Source: Rotaria socialis (Eukaryota). Taken from it: 64,000 nucleotides of DNA. This document shows, piece after piece, positions 61,273-64,000 of this stretch (within the stretch, counting starts at the first letter, position 1; each line of letters begins with the position of its first letter). The notes beneath the pieces are model-generated. The model saw only the letters and a program-made list of their open reading frames with translations. It ran no database searches and had not been told where the DNA came from. The position numbers were made by a program, and so were the translations under genes. The stretch covers positions 124,001 to 188,000 of the forward strand of contig CAJNYD010000015.1 in assembly GCA_905331295.1 (NCBI GenBank), read 5' to 3'.

Positions 61273-64000
61273 TTATACAATGGATACCATTGATTCCCAA
61301 TTGTCACCCGATTTAATTTGTACTGGTAATGATAAATTAATATGATCATTTATTTCCATTGCATGACGAATTATATTAAGAATTTCATTTGTACGTGAAT
61401 TTTTTTCAATTTCGAAAAGTAATTCATCGTGAATCTGTAAAACAAGATAAACTGGTCGGATAGATGTTGGACGGACTAAACAAACAGATAAAAATCATCC
61501 TTTTATATGAAGAAATTTCCTCTAAGTTTACTTTTTAAATCAAAAGGAAACATTCGATCTAATATTTGATTTATGCGTTCCATGGCCACTTTCATTATAT
61601 CACAAGCAGATGCTTGAACAACAAAATTTATTGCTTGTCGTTCCATCTTTTTCAAAAGAAAATAAAACTCCTATTTAGAAAATTTGCATTCTTCTTACTC
61701 GAGCTTTCAGTATTTCATTCGATATCGTATGGGTTAAATCAAAATATAATGGACGTCCATGAATACTTTGTACATAACCGTTTTCGAGAACATGTCGTTT
61801 CAAATCAACGAGATACTGAGCCATCGTTGGAAATGTTTTATAGAAATTTTCAACGAATTGTTCGGCTTCAATTATATTCATTTGGGTTTCACGAGCAAAT
61901 GTTTCGTTTGACATTCCATAGAGAATACCATAACATATCTTGACAATAAAAGAAAATAGAAAGATAAATAGCAAAATAAAGAGTTATACTTGTTTAGCAT
62001 TTTGTCTTTGTTCATGAGTGATTTCATGTTCTGGCTTTTTTAAAAGATCAGCAGCAAGCGATATGAAAAAGTCAGTATCAATTATTAAACGTGCTTTTAA
62101 TTTATCGTCATTGGATAGATGAGCAAGAATACGTAATTCCAATTGAGAATAATCAAAAGAAACGAGTTGAAAACCTAGAAAGATATTTCATTGAGGAAAA
62201 ACTTCGAAATGCGATTTATGCATAAGAAGAAGAATATCAATTCAGCACTTACGAGGGGACCACCAACTGTTCAATCACTTTTGCGTTGAAACTACTTAGA
62301 TTATGTAGCTCCCAAGGAGCTATGAATACGCTAAAAATATTTTGGGCCGATAGTTTAAGGTTACAAAAATAGGCCATTTCTATTGTATTTTTTAATTATT
62401 GCCGTAGTCTCCCCCCTTCAGGGGCATTCGAAAATTGATTTTCAAAATTTCACTTGAAATTTTATGTAGCAATACATCTCAACGAGAGTAGTGTTTTGAA
62501 TGCTTTTGATCATTGAATTTATTTGTTTCATTAAATCTGCTACTTCATTTAAAAGATATACAATAAAAATTTCACAATACCCGTGTCTAACGATAGGAAT
62601 AGTAGAAAGGTCTGAAACGTTCACAAGAAGTTGTTCTCCTTAGCGAGTCTTTCTATGAAAAGGTTCAAGTCAAAATTTGGACATCAATTTTTTTAATGTC
62701 CCTGTGGGGGAGGGGGGCCCAGGCACTCAAAAAGGCTCATACCTTAGAAATGGCCTAGTTTCGTCACAATAAGCTATCCGCCCAAAATATTTTTAATGTA
62801 TTCATAACTCATCGGAAGCTACATAATGTAAGTAGTTTCAACGCAAAAGCGACTGAACACTTGGTGACCCTCCCTCGTTAGTAGACATTTTTGATATAAC
62901 CAGTGGACTGAAATTGGTAAATAATACATTTTTTTTTCCAGATAATTCCTTCTCATTATTAGATTGGCTCTAGTCAATATAGATGCGCACTTACAGGATT
63001 CATGTCTATCCGTGATTCTTTTTGATTCACAATTGTTTCAGGAAGTATTTCAACATAAAATTCTAATCCAAGTGTGATAATTTTAAATATATCGAAAAAA
63101 GAAAGATATACTATAAAATCTGGCACTGCTACAATAGCTCATTCACATCGAAAACGCTACATAAGTAATGTCCGTGAAGAAAAATCATTTTTCGCGTTAT
63201 CTAATCTCACTGGTTCTCTCGTCAGGTGTATTGCTTCGCATTGTTTTTCTTCAGGTTCTAGCTCATAAGGAAAATTTAAAATTATATTGATCACAGCAAC
63301 TAACCTCTGAATATATATTTGTAAAAGAATTTGCTGAAATAATATCAATTCAAAAATCTACCTTGACAGATGCCTAATAGCCTTTTGAATTTTCTTAATC
63401 GTTGAGTTTCAAGGTAATAATAAGTCATATTCATGAGAAAACTTATCATACGTATGTACGCTGATGAATATTTTCTGCGAAGATTATGGTACCAAAATTC
63501 TAAAATATTTCGACTCAAATCTGAAAGCAATTTGATAGATTAATTCATCAATACAGCATGTCATTGATGGCCATCAAAGAAGTTCTCTTGCTTTTGTGCG
63601 ATATTTTTCATTTATCATTACCTGGTCGAGCAACAATCATTTTTCTCAATCCAACAATCGATTCCTTGTGTAATGATTGAATAGAAAAACGCTTTGGAAC
63701 ATGTTGTAATGGTGGATTAGTGATCATCATACGTCCAGTAGAGGTTAAAAAGTGACAAAAAGCATAAGTACGCTCAGCCTGCCATGCAGCTTCTCGTCTC
63801 AAACGTTGTAGTGATTGTGGTTTATTTGGTTCATTAACACACTTGAATTGAGAAAAAGGCTGAAGATATAAATTTGAAAAGTTGAAATACCTGTTCAAAA
63901 CGATCAATACATCGATCAAGAGCACTTTGAACTTGTCGATATTCTGTTATTAATTTTGGTAAAGGGTGTTTATCAGCGAGCACCTTTAAATAGGATTTCT
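61273..64000 (-). CDS. POLQ: Family-A DNA polymerase, theta-like; C-terminal polymerase exons (5' part outside the window)
   Basis: HPLPKLITEYR, TSTGR..PPLQHVP, motif A DYSQLELRILAHLS, RQNAKQICYGILYGM, ERQAINFVVQASACDIMK, motif C LQIHDELLFE; stop at 61275-61273. Confidence 0.85.
62248..62881. mobile_element. Foldback MITE in a POLQ intron (same family as 55386-56010)
   Basis: cttacgaggggaccaccaactgttcaatcacttttgcgttg...caacgcaaaagcgactgaacacttggtgaccctccctcgttag|TA; colinear with the 55.4-kb copy. Confidence 0.88.

Noticed and set aside
61273..64000. POLN or bacterial PolI assignment
   Set aside because: DYSQLELRILAHLS, AKQICYGI.YGM and HPLP match theta better, although NFVVQ is nu-like; many introns exclude a bacterial contaminant.

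Overview
AT-rich eukaryotic DNA with many ~50-60 nt GT-AG introns. It is most likely a bdelloid rotifer (inference from the intron size, an Athena-type retroelement, TGTGGG repeats, a WWE-like/ART gene and an intronless bacterial-like gene). Conserved genes: a cytochrome P450, a NHERF/PDZK1-like multi-PDZ locus, RPL19, TRMT1, MED14 and the 3' part of a POLQ-like polymerase. Lineage-specific or foreign-looking genes: a secreted M15/LAS-peptidase-like protein that has lost its metal ligands, a disrupted R-S-E ADP-ribosyltransferase, two inverted paralogues of a furin-site type II membrane protein, and an intronless secreted beta-helix glycanase-like gene (HGT candidate). The most unusual structure lies at 37-40.5 kb. 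It is a 5'-truncated, endonuclease-less Athena-like Penelope element with a 3'-terminal hammerhead ribozyme and a T7A slippery site, bracketed by a ~168-bp duplication of host 3'UTR whose second copy ends exactly at a palindrome of telomere-type GGGTGT repeats. Long introns of RPL19 and MED14 and the RPL19-TRMT1 spacer hold several candidate structured snoRNA-like RNAs. The window also contains many MITEs, a solo LTR and a Helentron-associated (DINE-1/HINE-like) element. All exon structures and RNA folds were read by eye and not computed.
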